The translations under genes and the position numbers were made by a program. Of a DNA stretch of 64,000 nucleotides, positions 1 through 58,265 are shown in pieces. This DNA comes from Amoebidium appalachense (lineage: Eukaryota > Protista > Ichthyosporea). The notes beneath the pieces were generated by a model. It was not told where the DNA came from. It saw nothing but the letters and a program-made list of their open reading frames with translations, and searched no databases. How positions within the stretch are numbered: position 1 is the first letter of the stretch; every line of letters begins with the position of its first letter. The stretch lies in contig CAVNZM010000005.1 in assembly GCA_963693365.1 (NCBI GenBank), positions 1,488,001 through 1,552,000 on the forward strand, given 5' to 3'.

Positions 1-308
1 GAAAGACAACGTAAACCAACAGCCCACCCACACCCGCAATGCAAAAGCAGAAGAAATGCATAAGAGATAAGGGCCCAATCAAAGGCCTTTTAATTTTGGA
101 GCCCGAAACACATACTTCTCGATAGACCATCCCAAATGTAGAACCATGTCTGTCCGCTTCAAAGACTAAGTATGCATTTCTCGACTACATGATATACAAC
201 TCTCAGTTTGAAAGACTGTTTTTCGTTTCGTTATATTGATTGTGCATTTGCCATATGAAGAAATAACGGAGATATTCAAATATTAGATATTGCTTGGCGC
301 ACATATAC

Positions 309-1340
309 CGGGCTTCACCACTGACGGCAACCATCTACTAATGGCCCGAACATGTCAGCCGAACACTTGCACTCTCGTTTCACATACCCCCCCCCCCCCC
401 CCCCCCCCCCCCTCCCCCCCCCCCCCCCCCCCCCCCAACCCTCCCCCCGCGCGGGGACCCGGGTTGCTGCTTCCACCGAAACCAGAAATGGGACGGAAGG
501 TAGTTAAATTAAAAATTCTATCCTGGCCAAAGGCCCGGAAAGGGGGATCGCGGTTTGGGGGGGGGAGGGGGTTTTGAATGCGTCAAAAAGTACGAAGTAC
601 ACAAGAACAAACGGATAACACGATGCAGAATGCAAGCCATACATAAAGAGTATGCATAATAAGCAGAGCCCATCCTCAGGGGGGGCCCACGTCATCCACA
701 GTACCCGAGTTTCGACCTATTCCCCTCGTTAACGAAACCCAACTCAGATACTGTTTCACGGGGGGGGGGAGGGGGGGAGGGAGGGGAGGGGAGGGTAGTA
801 CCGTCTTGTCATGGCTCCGCAACAGCATGGCCTGGGAGAGAGCAAGGTGGGACATGCTCAGGCCGGCAGGGGTTGGAAGCTGCAAGCGGTATGTCAGAGA
901 TAAAAACATTGTGGGGCTAGCAGGTGGCATGGAAACAGCAGGGCAGGCCAAACCATCAAAAAAAACTTGATGCACAGAGTAAGGAAAAAAGAGTACAGGC
1001 CCAAATAGAAAGCAATCCCCCCCTCCCCCCTCTCTCTCTCTCTCCCCTCCCCCTCCCCCCCCCCCCCCCCCGCCGCCGCCCCCCCTTCCCCCCCGTCTCA
1101 CACATAAACAGACACACACAAATAAACCAATTTTTTCTCCCTCCCCGCCTCCCCCATCCCCTCCAAAAAAAAAAAAAAAAAAAAAAAAAACCAAGCGAAG
1201 GCGAATGAATGTAGAAAAGAAAGAAAAGAAAAGGCATGTGGTATGAACAAAGACAACCAAATGCAAGCACAAGAGCGTTGAGAGTGGAAAGAAAAGGCGA
1301 CGGGAGAGGGGGAGGGAGCGAACGGCGAGGGGGGGGGGAG

Positions 1341-1371
<31 letters not shown>

Positions 1372-2121
1372 CAAGAGAGAGGGGAAGGGAGTGGGGGGGG
1401 GGGGGAGGTAGGGGGGGGAGCGGGGGGGAGAAAGAAAGAGAAAGGGAGTGAGTGCGGGAGGGAGGGAGGGAGGGAGGGAGGGAAACGGACGACGGGGGGG
1501 AAGAAGGGAGGGAGCGACGGACGGACGTACGGACGGAGGGAGGCAGGGAGGGAGGGAGGGAGGGAAGGGGAGGGAGAGAGAGGGGGAGAGCGGAAGAGTG
1601 AGAGGGGGGAGGGGGAGAGGGAGAGGGAGAGGAAGAGGGGGAGAGAGAGATGGAGAGAGAGAGAAAGAGACAGAGTGAGAGAGAGGGAGGGAGAGAGGGA
1701 GAGAGAGAGTGTGTGTGTGTTTGTAAGAGCGAGAGGGAGGGAGAGAAGGGGGGGGGGGTTTGAATGCGTTAAAAAGTACGAAGTACACAAGAACAAACGG
1801 ATAACACGATGCAGAATGCAAGCCATACATAAAGAGTATGCATAATAAGCAGAGCCCATCCTCAGGGGGGGCCCACGTCATCCACAGTACCCGAGTTTCG
1901 ACCTATTCCCCTCGTTAACGAAACCCAACTCAGAAGGGGGGGGGGGGGGGGGGAGGGAGGGAGGGGGATCGAGATAAGAGAGAACAAGAGGTGAGAGGAT
2001 GAGGTTACATAATGTCATCTGTACCCCACACTATCGAAGCATTATCATGTGCATAACACACCTCCTCCTCCTCCTTGGGGTGGCCCAGGAGGGAGCCAAG
2101 GTACTTCCTCAGTGTCCCCAT
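309..2121 (-). CDS. Putative multi-exon gene, N-terminal part (MGTLRKYLGSLLGHPKEEEE|LPTPAGLSMSHLALSQAMLLRSHDKT|MVAVSGEAR...), function unknown; probably continues toward or past position 1
   Basis: Kozak-like GCCGCCAACATGG at 2121. Phase-compatible GT-AG exons at 2062-2121, 802-879 and 309-334, separated by low-complexity introns like those of the confident genes. No recognisable domain. Confidence 0.4.
573..748 (-). repeat. Dispersed intronic repeat, copy 1 (176 bp)
   Basis: Matches 1759-1934 with one mismatch. Shares CCCTGAGGATGGGCTCTGCTTAT and GCATTCA with the copies at 10337-10475 and 17539-17690. Confidence 0.9.
1759..1934 (-). repeat. Dispersed intronic repeat, copy 2 (176 bp)
   Basis: Direct repeat of 573-748, offset by 1186 bp. 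Confidence 0.9.
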
Positions 2122-2877
2122 GTTGGCGGCCTCCCCCCGGAGCTAGTGCGCACTACTGGCTGTGCTCCGTCACGAGCAACGCATCGTGTGATTGACCCTG
2201 TTAAGAGATCTGCTTTTAATTTCTTTGGGGAATAACACTGGAATAAGAAAAGGAGTGTGGCGCAAGCAAGTATGGCGCGGGGGGGGGGGGGGGGGGGGGG
2301 GGGGGAAGATACAGTGTGAGTAGATGCGGCCGTACAATCTTGCGCCCAGGAAGTATGGTGTGTGTGTGAAAGAGAGAGAGTGTGTGTGTGTGCAAGCCCC
2401 CCCGGGGGGGGGGGGGGGGGGGGGGGGGGGGACAGGAAGAGCAAAATGACTTGAATGCAAGCTTGCAGGTGTCTTTATATACAGATACGTTTCTGGCTAT
2501 GTGCATGTCGGCTTTCTTGTGGTGAATTTTTTTTTAAAAGATAATGGAGTTGTAGATCTTATTACGTAGTAAAGACAGTGGCAGAGAGATTTGTGGGACG
2601 AATGAAATGGAAGACAAGCTTCTGCAAAAGGATGAGGAGACAAGGAGTGTGTGTTTAGGGCGGGGCAGGCGGCACAGAAGGGGGAGGGGGAGGGGGAGGG
2701 GGGTGTCACGAACATAGAAGGACTTGGGGACATGCAGCCAGGGAGAGTGGGACAAGAGGGGCAAATCGCGGCACGAATGTTGTGAATTGCTCTAGTCAAC
2801 TCCGAGGTGGGGTAAGTCGGGGGAACGGAAAGGGGAAAGTGCAAGATGCGGAAGGGGGAAGAGAGGCGAACGAGTAA

Positions 2878-3005
2878 GGGAGGGAGGGAGGGAAGGAAGG
2901 AAGAAGGGAGGGAGGGAGGGAGGGAGGGAGGGAGGGAGGGAGGGAGGGAGGGAGGGAGGGAGGGAGGGAGGGAGGGAGGGAGGGAGGGAGGGAGGGAGGG
3001 AGGGA
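2878..3005. repeat. (GGGA)n tetranucleotide microsatellite
   Basis: Visible tandem GGGA array with one short GGAA interruption. Confidence 0.9.
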
Positions 3006-4009
3006 GAGGGAAAGTTGTGCAAGCTTCAGAGTATATGCGGGCTGAACAAATTCTAGACGATGCAGAGAGTGGCATTGATTGCCCTTCCTTGACGGTCCCT
3101 TAAAAACGAGCAAACCCCAGCGTCTCACAAAAACTTGTGTAAAAGAAAAGACAACTGCTTCGCAAGAAGTGATGTGTGGCATAGATCAAGTAGCTTTTGC
3201 GAATCCCAGCACTTACCTCTGCTTGCGTAAAGCAGCGTTCCAGGTCAGAGAACAGTTCTGTAACTAACACACACGGAACGAGCAATATGCGAACACTTTG
3301 AGCCCGAATGATGCCTTTGAGAGAAAAGCAGGTTGTTGCCCCACGCTCAGATGGGCATCCAAAAAAAAAGAAGAAGAAGTTGCTAGATTTCTGATAATGT
3401 TGCTGATTACAAGTTCCGAAATCACACCACACGACCTCGCGAGTGTAACTATGCTTCCATCAAGCTGCGGCTGGCACCAGTATAATACATACCCGGCCGT
3501 GGTGGCGACTACCATGGGTCTGTAGGCTGCCAGCTGTGTGATACCTGCAAGGAAGTCCTAATAACATGGCCGTAAGCGCATTATTCGAACGCGATAAGAA
3601 AAGACGAGTCGCAACAGTGTTCAATTTCCATATGATTTGCAGGATTCTGCGATTCAATATTTGTCAAATATTAGGATACATACTCAGTGGGAGGCTTTGT
3701 CTGCCCGAAGCACTGCCGTCCGCACGCAGCTGAGCCGCTAAGGCCTCATTCAGTTTGTCGAGGGGATAGCAACGCCTCCTTATCCTCGGGGGATAGGAGC
3801 CTCATTGTGATGGGGAGGAGTGGCGCGGTGGGCAGGTTGGGGTGGGGTGGATGGAGGGTGGGCGGGGGGAGATACGGTTGCTAAATTCGACGGGAAGGGG
3901 CAGAGGAGAGTGGCCGTCTGTGTGTGCATGTGTGCGTGTGAGTGTGACACTGTGTATGTTTGTGGGAATGGTTTGGGGAGGGCGCTGGGGCAGGAAGCGG
4001 AGGGGAGGG

Positions 4010-4051
<42 letters not shown>

Positions 4052-4183
4052 AGGGCTCTCCCGGGAGCCAAGAGGGGAGATAGAGATCGGGGTTTCCGAG
4101 GGGTTCGGGTGAAGAGTGGGCTGAGGGTTGGTTAGAGAGAAGGGGACTCGGGAGGTGTGTGTGTGTGTATGTGTGTGTGTGTG

Positions 4184-4224
<41 letters not shown>

Positions 4225-5228
4225 GGGAAGGAACTAGGTGGGTGACGTGTGCACGGATCTAGGGGGTTGAGGGGATTGAGCATGGATACGGTAGGCAGAG
4301 GGAAAACATGAAGGGATCGTAAGAATAGTTCGAAAGGAAGAACTTAAGGGAATTCGGGGAGCGAAAATATAATAAGGAAGAGGCTGTGGCGATATTCAGA
4401 CTCTTGGTCTTGAGTCACTCTTGGCGCATGTGTGCATCCTCCAAAGCGCTCAAGGAACTGAGGAGCTGAAAGAAACTTATTACCCTCATAGTGTATGGGT
4501 TTGTGCAGGGGTGTGAGGGTGTGAACGTGTTGGTGTGTGCTTCGGCGGGGAGCGGACGAACAGGGGGAGGGCGGGGAGGGGGGGGTTGGAGGGGGGGGGG
4601 GTGGGGGGGTAGGGGTTGGTCAAGGGATTGGGCTCCGAGATCTTGCGTTATGTGGCTTGGCTTTACAGGGTCTTGATTTCTCATGATGTGGTTGCTAGGG
4701 GTTGTAACCGTAAGGGTTGGGGTGGGGCAAGTGGCCACACATAGGATGCAAAAATAAAGGACCCGAGTTGGTAACTCCTCTGGTAAAATATTCAACACGA
4801 GCTGTCGAAAACGGTCGTTGCGCCGTTCCACCGTAATCACGTGTTTGCTTCCTCTAGATCTCTGTGCTGTGTGCCATGTTCTTTTCTTCTTTAACTGAAG
4901 GGGACCACATGAACGTGCTGAGAGGAGAGGGGCCGAGGGGGAAAGGGTGGGGATGGGGATGAGGGAAGGGGGGAGGGGGGGGGGAGGGGGAGGAGACAGG
5001 GTTGGGAGGGAGAAAAGAGGGGAAGGTGGGTGGGGTGGGTGGGGCGTAGATAGATGCAAGTCAAAAAGGCAACTCAGACTTGAAGCCTTGTGGGAGGATG
5101 CGCCCAAAAGTCACATTTATGTGTTGCAGAAAGATCAAAGAAACTCGAACTGTACGTGTCTTACTGATAAGAACGGTAAAGGTAGGACCAAAACAAATTT
5201 CAGGTGTGCAAAATCATTAGCGTTTTGT

Positions 5229-5535
5229 AACACACAGTGGGGAAAGGGGTGATCACTGGATTGCAGCCTACACACAGTGGAAGAGTGGGGATGGAGGCCG
5301 GGGGGGCTTACAACCTGCGCCGTAAGATACACGTGTAGACAGCAAGGGGAGGGGGGAGGGGGAGAAAGTCGCAACCTACACACAGTGGGGGGAGGGGGGG
5401 GGAGGGGGGGGGTTACTGATGCACCCTAAACACAGTGAGGGGAAGGGGGCGGGGAGGAGGGGAGGGGGGTAGGGGGGGGGGGGGGGGGGAGATTGCAGCC
5501 TACACACATTAGGAGAGGGGCCTACACGTGCAGTG
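5229..5535 (+). repeat. Degenerate motif array (TTGCAGCCTACACACAGTG-like, 4-5 copies) with G-rich spacers
   Basis: Motif variants near 5259, 5370, 5419 and 5491, with partial copies near 5230 and 5520. Confidence 0.65.
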
Positions 5536-6911
5536 AACTTCCCCCGGAAACTTGGGCACGGGGGGGTGGAGGGGGGGGGGGAGGGGGAATTTTGAACCAT
5601 GTGCCCTGATGGGGATGCGACAGCAGGACGCACCAGTGACACAAACTTCTGTGCTAATACTGCACGTCTTTATAATGTGTAACGACACGAGGCAGAAAGT
5701 GGGCCGCCAACCTGCGGCCAGAATCGGCGTTGTCCGATTGAATTCATAGCACGAAAGCGAAAGGACATGGCCAAGTGCAGGCTGCAAGACGAACTGTTAA
5801 AGGGCAGGGAGACGTGCAACATTCTCTCACGTGCGTGTAGGCAAATACACATATGTCAAGTTCCACCCCTGATACCTCTTATCGCGATGCTTTGGCGCAA
5901 GCTTGAGACTTCAAAACTTTGATATTGAAACCACTGGCTGACTGGGACAAGTATACAACTTTGTTACTGTACTGACACCTGATCGGGTGCAAGGACAGCC
6001 ATGGATATGCACGTGTGACACCGTGAGTGTGACACGCGTATGTATAGACAAGCACCGACGGATTTTGCCCACAAAGATGGAGCCTCGAAGGCACTGCCAG
6101 CTGACAGCCTGATACTGAATTGAGCAACAGAACACAAAGCAAAGCACAGAAGGCACGTGCTGGAGGTGCGCACTGGGCGGGCCAAACATGTAAGTTGGTG
6201 GCCACATTCCTACGCAGTAGTGTCACTACTAGTGTGCTGCGCTTCGACCAATGAGCAATTAGGGAGAAGAATTAGAGAATTTGATTGATGCATAGTCATG
6301 TGTTATTATTAGTAGTAAACTCACCTTCTCAAGTGCCTTCTATTTTTGGATATTCTTTGGGCTGGTCTGATTGGATAAACAAGCAATTGCTAGAGCGCGG
6401 TAGTAGATTCCGAACCGTCAAGCTGGGCGCGGTCTTTTTTTCTTTACATGTTGCCAAACGTACACACCATTACAATCTGTTGATGCAAGAACTCTACTAC
6501 TACAGGGGCTAATTGAGCAATTTGATCTATTTTGTTTTGCGCAGAGCTGGAACCTGTATCCCGTGCTGAGACCTGTACTTTTCTGTGTCGTGCACACTGG
6601 TACCGCAGGCTCGCAACCAAGCCGGGTTAAAACTGAGTCTTATAATGAATTAAGCAGCGATTAGCAAATTGTATGTCATTATCGTCCAATTATACGCCTT
6701 ATATGGATTTTAAAATGTGCATATCATGTACCTCTATGTCAAAAGCACTGGTTTTTGGAAGGTTTGCCCTCCTTCAACGGGAACCAGTCCCTGCTCCTTA
6801 TAAATTCCACAAAAAAACCATCAACAATAAACTATCACAGTTTGTGTGAGCACTAAGAAGGACCTTTGAATCGACTCCTGAAGAACATAACTATATCTTT
6901 GTAGGAATAAA

Positions 6912-13896
<6,985 letters not shown>

Positions 13897-14779
13897 GGCC
13901 ATACGTGCACATAGATTTCGTGTGAGTTGAGAACCGAAAAAACAAAACAATCAAAAAAAAATGGTTTGGGGCGAGAATGAATATATGCTGCCACCCGTGG
14001 CCAAGTTTTTAATATTGTTGAGCTGGAGTTTTTTGAATGGTTGCTAATAACGTGTTGCCGTGTATCTGTAGGTACTGGATAACATGCCATTAAATCCCTG
14101 TGAGATATGCATATTAAAAGGTTCTAATCTGTGAGAGTTGAATGAGCTACGCACCAGTGGTGGTTATCGTAGTCGCCGTTCAATAAAGCCAATATATAAA
14201 TATTTTAACTGCCCGAGAGGCTCTGCTTATGGTGCATACTCATGTGTGCTTTGTGTATATAACTACTGCATTGGTGTTGTTCGTCGCGAATGGGTACTTC
14301 CTCAGTATTTCTCTGTAATTGATAGTATCAACCCCCTCCCCCCCCCCCAACCCGCCCTTCCCCTCAAAACATCCACGTTCCATGCAACTCACTCTTGCAA
14401 TTGCGAGCTATTGCGAGTAAAGTAACAGTTGGAGACAAGAAAGTTTGGCCTGCACACATTGTCACTTCACCACAGCGAGCCGTCCAATACCTGCATGTGC
14501 CTTGCAGACCTGGACAACCCCCATCCGGTGGGGCCCATGGAACCTCTTTTTTGTCCAGTGCTGGTGATTGAGAGCCAATACTAGCTTAGGACTCCGATGT
14601 ATCATCTGATGTAGGCCATGAATCTATGGTAGGAGCGCTCAGTCTGGCAGCAAGAGAATGTGACATTGTGCGACTGCAGAACTGTGCCCCTATAGTAATG
14701 TGCTGGACTCAAGTGTGTGTGTGTGTCACCGTGGTGTGTGCGTGTACATGTGTGTGTGTGGTGGTGGTGGTCGGGGCGG

Positions 14780-14812
<33 letters not shown>

Positions 14813-15442
14813 GGTAACCGTTGCAGTGCAAAAGCAAAAAATCGTTCATACAAGGTCCTGCTCGAATATGTACTACATTGCCATGATCTTCCCTGGCAAC
14901 GCCATGCCGAGCACAAATCTATGGGCCAGTCCAAAGCTAGTTGACACAACGAAAGGGATTAATCCTTGAATTAGCTGTAGCTATCCGAAAATATGTAGTG
15001 TGGCCTATTATTGTACGCATCATACCGTAGGTGCCGCATCACAAACTTGCCAGCACATGACAACATTGACCTTGACCTTGTGCAACACAACGTCATAAAA
15101 CAACAAGCGCTTCCGTTGGCTTGAAGTATATGCATGGTTTTGGCCTAATAATTATTAATTCGATAGAATCATCAATTTGCATGTGCACACGTGCTAGGTA
15201 GTTGGGACTTTTACGTAGTTGCACTGTTTGTTGCTTAAAGATATTAGTTCTTCCCAAAAAAATTGCGCACGGGGAGAGGGAGGGTGGGTGGGGGAGGGGG
15301 AGGCTAGGGGGGCTCCCACATATGAACATGCCATTGGACAGTTTAGCCAGGCCACAAGCCAAATGAATTCGTTCGTGCACTGCACCGGGGTACATGTACC
15401 ACTTAGTGACTGCTCCGGGCTAAACCAGCAGCGGCCGCGGGG

Positions 15443-15481
<39 letters not shown>

Positions 15482-15720
15482 TCATACGTATACACCATAA
15501 TGAACGCACGAGAACTGCAGCACTGTCTGCTAAATATCTGCCAGCCCGGCTAGCACATACGGCGGCTTATTTTATTAAAAAAGCGCATAGGCTCACAAAC
15601 CTGCACCCGCTATGTATCATCACCCATCCTTGCCACTAGAAGCATGCTGCAGGTTTTTCTAACGACAGTTCAAGAACCATCCATGCAACTAGGTGTGTGA
15701 CTTTCACCCAATCAAATGGC

Positions 15721-15870
15721 CTATGCAGCCAGCATCTTCTGCAGCTTGCCGGAACGGTGGGCCGCATGGGTGTCGTCACAGCCACCAACGTGCTAGGGTG
15801 GAAATGGTGTTAGCAATCAAAAACTAAGAAGAAAGTATGTCTCTGCCTGTATTTGGTCATAAGGGCCGAT

Positions 15871-15901
<31 letters not shown>

Positions 15902-16100
15902 GGTCACCAGACGCTGCACCATGTCACTATGTTGGACTAGGCACACCAATGCAGCAGGCACACTCATATTTTGGGTGTGTGCAGTGCTCAGGTGGTTACA
16001 CCGAAAATTTGCAAAGAACTGCAGTGAGCCACACCCACCCACACGAAAGCACACCGAGACGGGCCATCTTTCTCTTTGTGTGTATGTGAGTGTGAGTGTG

Positions 16101-16141
<41 letters not shown>

Positions 16142-16258
16142 ACCCACCTGGCCCTTGATGAAGACATTTGGAACTGTGCGCTGGCCACTGATCTCTACCA
16201 GTGCCTGCTGGATGGCCCCTCCATCATCCCTCTGAAAAAGGTATCGTGTCAGTGTGTG

Positions 16259-16303
<45 letters not shown>

Positions 16304-17417
16304 ATTTGGGCAGAGGCATGTAAGTGGAGAGGCAGAGAAAAATCCTCCTACACTGAGGTGCGGTAAGTCAATAATCAAATCCGAGAGAAAGGAGGAAGGG
16401 GGTAGAGGGGTGGTTTGAAACAAACCAGAACAGGAAAAAACTCGAAGGCAGGGAGGGGGAAGCAAGAGGACGGGGGGAATGGGAAGAGTGGGGCCGTGTG
16501 TGTGTGTGTGTGTGTGGGTGGGTGGGTGGGTGGGTGGGGGTTGGAGCAGAGTAAGGGTCAGAAACAGACAGAGCTGCAAGGGAAGCCTATCACATAAGAG
16601 TCAAAGAGGAGCCAAAGGCAATATGACGGAGAAAAAGAGCCAAAAGAACCCCAAGCATTGTGTCTGCCAGCAACCACGATAGCAGATAAGCGGAAAAAGC
16701 AACAGGTCGAGGGGAAGAGTGTGGTGGGGGTGGTAGGAGAGGGGGAAAGGGGGGGGGGGGGGGGGGGGGGGGGGAGGGGGGAAGGGTTCATAGTTGCCCG
16801 GCCACGGAAAATCAGGGAACGTACAGAGCAGGAACAGTTTAGGACAAATCGGTTGCAGCTGTGAATCCTATGCTCTTGACAAGCCCTACCATGCATGACC
16901 CCCCCCCCCCCTCCCCCTCCCCTCCCCCCCTCGACGTATGTCCGTTATACCCCGGAGTCTGCCCAAGAAGTTCATTGACAGCTTGTCAGCTTCATGAACA
17001 TCCCCCCTCCCCTCCTTCCCCCCCTCCCCCCCCCCCCCCCTCCAAAAAAAAGCACCACCATCTCAAAACTGCACGTATCATATAATGTGAGTGACTCACC
17101 TCATCCAGTTCAATCACCTCGTACTCAATACCCTCATCCTTGAACAGCTGCTTGACCTTGACACAGTACCTGGGGGGGGGGAGGGGGGGGGGGAGGGGGG
17201 GTAGGGAAGTAGGGGAAAGGGAAGGGTAGATAAAGTACCCAGGGGGGGGGGGGGGGGGGGGGGGGAAGATTTTACGACTGGCAGAAGTGATGCGTGTTGT
17301 GTGTGCTCTTCATGACGGAGATATCCCTTGCAGTAAAACAACATATTGGTTCATACTATTCCCTGCTTCAAGGAGCGCCAAGTTTTATTTACATCAGACC
17401 CTCAACCTCTGGGGGAG

Positions 17418-17495
<78 letters not shown>

Positions 17496-18182
17496 TGGGG
17501 TGGTGGTGGTAGTGGTGGTGGTGGTGGTGGGGAGGGGGTTTGAATGCGGAACACAGTACGAAGTACGCATACACGATGAGAAGCATGGTGCAGGACACAT
17601 GCAAAGGCAAACATTCAAGTGTGCAACATCAGCCATGCGCACAGTATGCGTCATAAGCAGAGCCCATCCTCAGGGAGGGCCCAAGTCATCAATTGCGTCT
17701 GAGGTGGGGAGGGGGGGGGGGGGGGGGGGGGGGGGAAACGGATGGATGGGCAGCACATGTTGAATGCAGTGCAGAGTGCAGAGCACGAATACACTACTAC
17801 TCAAAGTGTGATATATGCATGTATGTATGTGAGGGTGTGTTGGAATGAGGGGGGGGAGGGGGTGGGGGGGGGGGGGGGGGGGGGGGGGTGGGGGGTGGGG
17901 GGGACAGCTACCATCTGCAGGTAAGAAAGCAAGATTATCAGCATACAACAAGCACACACAACGTCAAACGCACGTTCCACCGGTGGAAAACCACAACTCA
18001 AGCCGCACACCGTACAAGCACAACCGGACTCCAAACAAGCCCTCGCCCATTCACACAGCTTCCCCTCAGGTAAAAATCCCACACTTAGCGGGCCAGGAAA
18101 CCTACGGGCAGTAAGTTTTGGAGAAGACCACCACGGTGCCCTCCTTAATCTTCTGCTCGGCAAAGGCTTTAGGGTTAACCAT
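15721..18182 (-). CDS. GRX: Dithiol glutaredoxin (class I, CPYC), 4 exons, 100 aa
   Basis: Exons 18106-18182, 17100-17169, 16148-16231 and 15721-15792 give MVNPKAFAEQKIKEGTVVVFSKTYCPYCVKVKQLFKDEGIEYEVIELDERDDGGAIQQALVEISGQRTVPNVFIKGQHVGGCDDTHAAHRSGKLQKMLAA*. It carries the CPYC, TVP and GGCDD motifs. Confidence 0.97.
17539..17690 (-). repeat. Dispersed intronic repeat, copy in glutaredoxin intron 1
   Basis: Homologous to 10337-10475 and, more distantly, to 573-748 and 1759-1934. Confidence 0.9.
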
Positions 18183-18277
18183 TTTCACTGTGTGCACTAA
18201 CAAAGCAGGTAAAAATGGCTGCTTATTCTGTGCACGTTTGTGTATTTATCAATGTGTAAAATTGGAGCACAGACTCA

Positions 18278-18337
18278 TGACGTAATCATCCGTGTCATGC
18301 CTTACCATAAAAGGCAGGTGTAAATCGAGTGACGTCA
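18278..18337. promoter_or_regulatory. Two CRE/ATF-like bZIP motifs upstream of glutaredoxin
   Basis: TGACGTAA at 18278-18285 and palindromic TGACGTCA at 18330-18337, 100-155 bp upstream of the ATG. Confidence 0.35.
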
Positions 18338-18473
18338 TGTTTGTTTGTTTGAACAATTTGTGCTGTTTCCCCAGGGGTTTACACACTTTTTATTGCGTGG
18401 ACACTGCCGGAGGTCCAGCCACATTCGACGGCCTACTGCGTTTCCCCAGGCCCCAGCTGTTGGCGCCACTCTG

Positions 18474-18573
<100 letters not shown>

Positions 18574-19732
18574 GCGTGTACGTGTGTGCGTGTGTGTGTG
18601 TGTGTGTGTGTGCACAGCACCGACTGACTGCAGCCACGGTTGTAGACCAATGTGCATGGATAAACTGGATAGGTGGAAACGGAGACCCAACAGACCCCGA
18701 GGACATCAAGTGGGTGGAACGGGGCTTCTGCCCACGATCAGTGGGCCCACCGTCTAGCAGCCACCGGCACCACCGAAGCCACCGCACGGGCCATCATAGG
18801 AAAATTCACAGTAGAATTGCAGACTTTTTTCTTTGCTAAAATTTGGCACCCACGTAACACAACACTCCCACCCACCCACCCCAAAGTGCAAAAACACCAC
18901 CACACCACCACCACCCGTAGAAAGAAAAACACGGTACTGCACAAACACAAAACCCCCACAAACACTCCCCACACACACACATGGCCAGCCTGCTCGCACA
19001 CAGACCCACAGTGCCCGGCCCTGCAAACCACACCTTTTAGTTCACAACAGCATCGCCACAAAATATGTACAACAACATATATTATTAGGAAGCAACCCCC
19101 CACCGCCACCACCACACCCCATCATCCACACATACCCTCCGTAAACACAACACAACACTTAGGACATTCCACTACTGTAGACCGACCAATGAGAGCCCGT
19201 GGTTAACGTTTATTCTTAGGATTTGAGTGGAGGGGAGGACTGGTGCCTCCTGCCGGCGTGGCTGGGGTAGTAACCCTGGGCAAAGTGTGTACTTATAGTT
19301 AGGTTTGTGAAGAATGTTTTAGCTTAGCTGAACTCATAGATAGCACCCTAACTAGTGTACTGTAGCGGTGCTGTTTAGTAGACGGTAGTTTCCCTAGAGG
19401 GTCTGTAATGGCCCTCCGGGAACAAAACGTGATAAAATGAAGAAAAAAAAGTGTGTGTGTGTGTTTGTGTGTGTGTGTCTCCCGGTGTGCGTGTGTATGT
19501 GTATATGTGTACACGTGTGTGTGTGCGTGCGCATGTACATTTGGTTGGCATTGTGTACATGTGTGTGTGTCTGTGTACACTGTGTACATATCTGTGTGTG
19601 TTTGTGTGTGTGAGAGAGTGCATACGTGTGTGTGTGTGTGTGTGTGTTTGTATGTGGCCATGGGTAAGTCACGTGATGGTGGTGGTGGTGCCGTGGTGGT
19701 GGTACCGGTGGTGGTGTGTGTGTGTGTGTGTG

Positions 19733-19780
<48 letters not shown>

Positions 19781-20564
19781 GGGGGGGGGGTGACTAATAT
19801 CGGTGATACGGATTATCATATCCCAAACGACAATAATATCACGGCGATTGCCAATGGTCAACACAACTATTTTTTTCTTTGTATAACTTAGGTCTGCGAT
19901 TGAAAAACACAAACTCGACATTGCCGGAGGTGAACAGCTTTCTACCGAGGTCATCACATGTGAAGGGTGGTCTGAAGTGGAACGGTTGTGGGGTGTTGTG
20001 GGGTGGGTGGGTGGGTGGGTGGGTTGGGATCAAGAAGGGGAGGGGAGGGGGGAGGGGGGAGGGGGGGGGGGGGGGGGGCGGGGTTTGCTAAATTGCTCCG
20101 CTGGGTGTGTGTGTGATACATGTTTGGGAAGGGGGCGAGGGTGAGGAAATCCAACGGAAGCAAGCCGAATTGACCTAATGAGCAATAGAGCAGACACCAG
20201 AAACAAGAATGGGCCAACCACACAAGCATAGACGCTTTACTTGTGCATGTATGGAACGTGCAGCCAGCAGGTAACGGTAGGATTTAACTTGTATGTAATG
20301 GGGAATCTGTGTCCGGACAGGCCCCATTAACCCATATTTATATTTAGTGCCGCCAGGCATTGGCAGCCCGTTATATTTAAAGACTTACGCCTAGGGTTTA
20401 TTACCTTTCGAATAACTACGGCACTAAGCCTTTTACTAGTGTGTCAAATAAAATACAAGGAAAACAGGTTGGGTAGGAAAAGGGTCATTCATAGAAAAAG
20501 TTTTAAAAACCAAGAGTGGATGATAAATATATCGAAAATGTTTCGGTCTGTGATATGTTGTGTG

Positions 20565-20744
<180 letters not shown>

Positions 20745-21026
20745 CCGGGCGCGGAAATGTGCACGGTACAGGTATGCTAATATTGCATTGCAGCAATGTC
20801 AGCTCTATAAATGTGGAACCAAATTATCACGTATCACATGCCCTGACTATCTTAAAACCAAACAATACTTAAATAAAACAGAACACCACCAAACACAAAC
20901 ATTAAGCTAAAGTCCTTTAGATGCCTTAATCAATACCTACCACATACATAAGCCCACAACCAACCCCCTCCCCCCCCCCCCCCCCCCTCCCCCATGCCCC
21001 TCTTCTCCCACAGCACACCCAAGGAT

Positions 21027-58265
<37,239 letters not shown>

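Noticed and set aside
5229-5535. CRISPR-like repeat-spacer array
   Set aside because: The repeats are degenerate, the spacers are G runs of uneven length, the context is eukaryotic and there are no cas genes.
6223-6234. 12-mer TCACTACTAGTG whose reverse complement lies at 58445-58456 upstream of the EGF gene
   Set aside because: One shared 12-mer between several kb of sequence is expected by chance.
17620-17695. Firm call of a box C/D snoRNA
   Set aside because: The boxes are complete in only one of four homologous copies, and no rRNA target could be verified.
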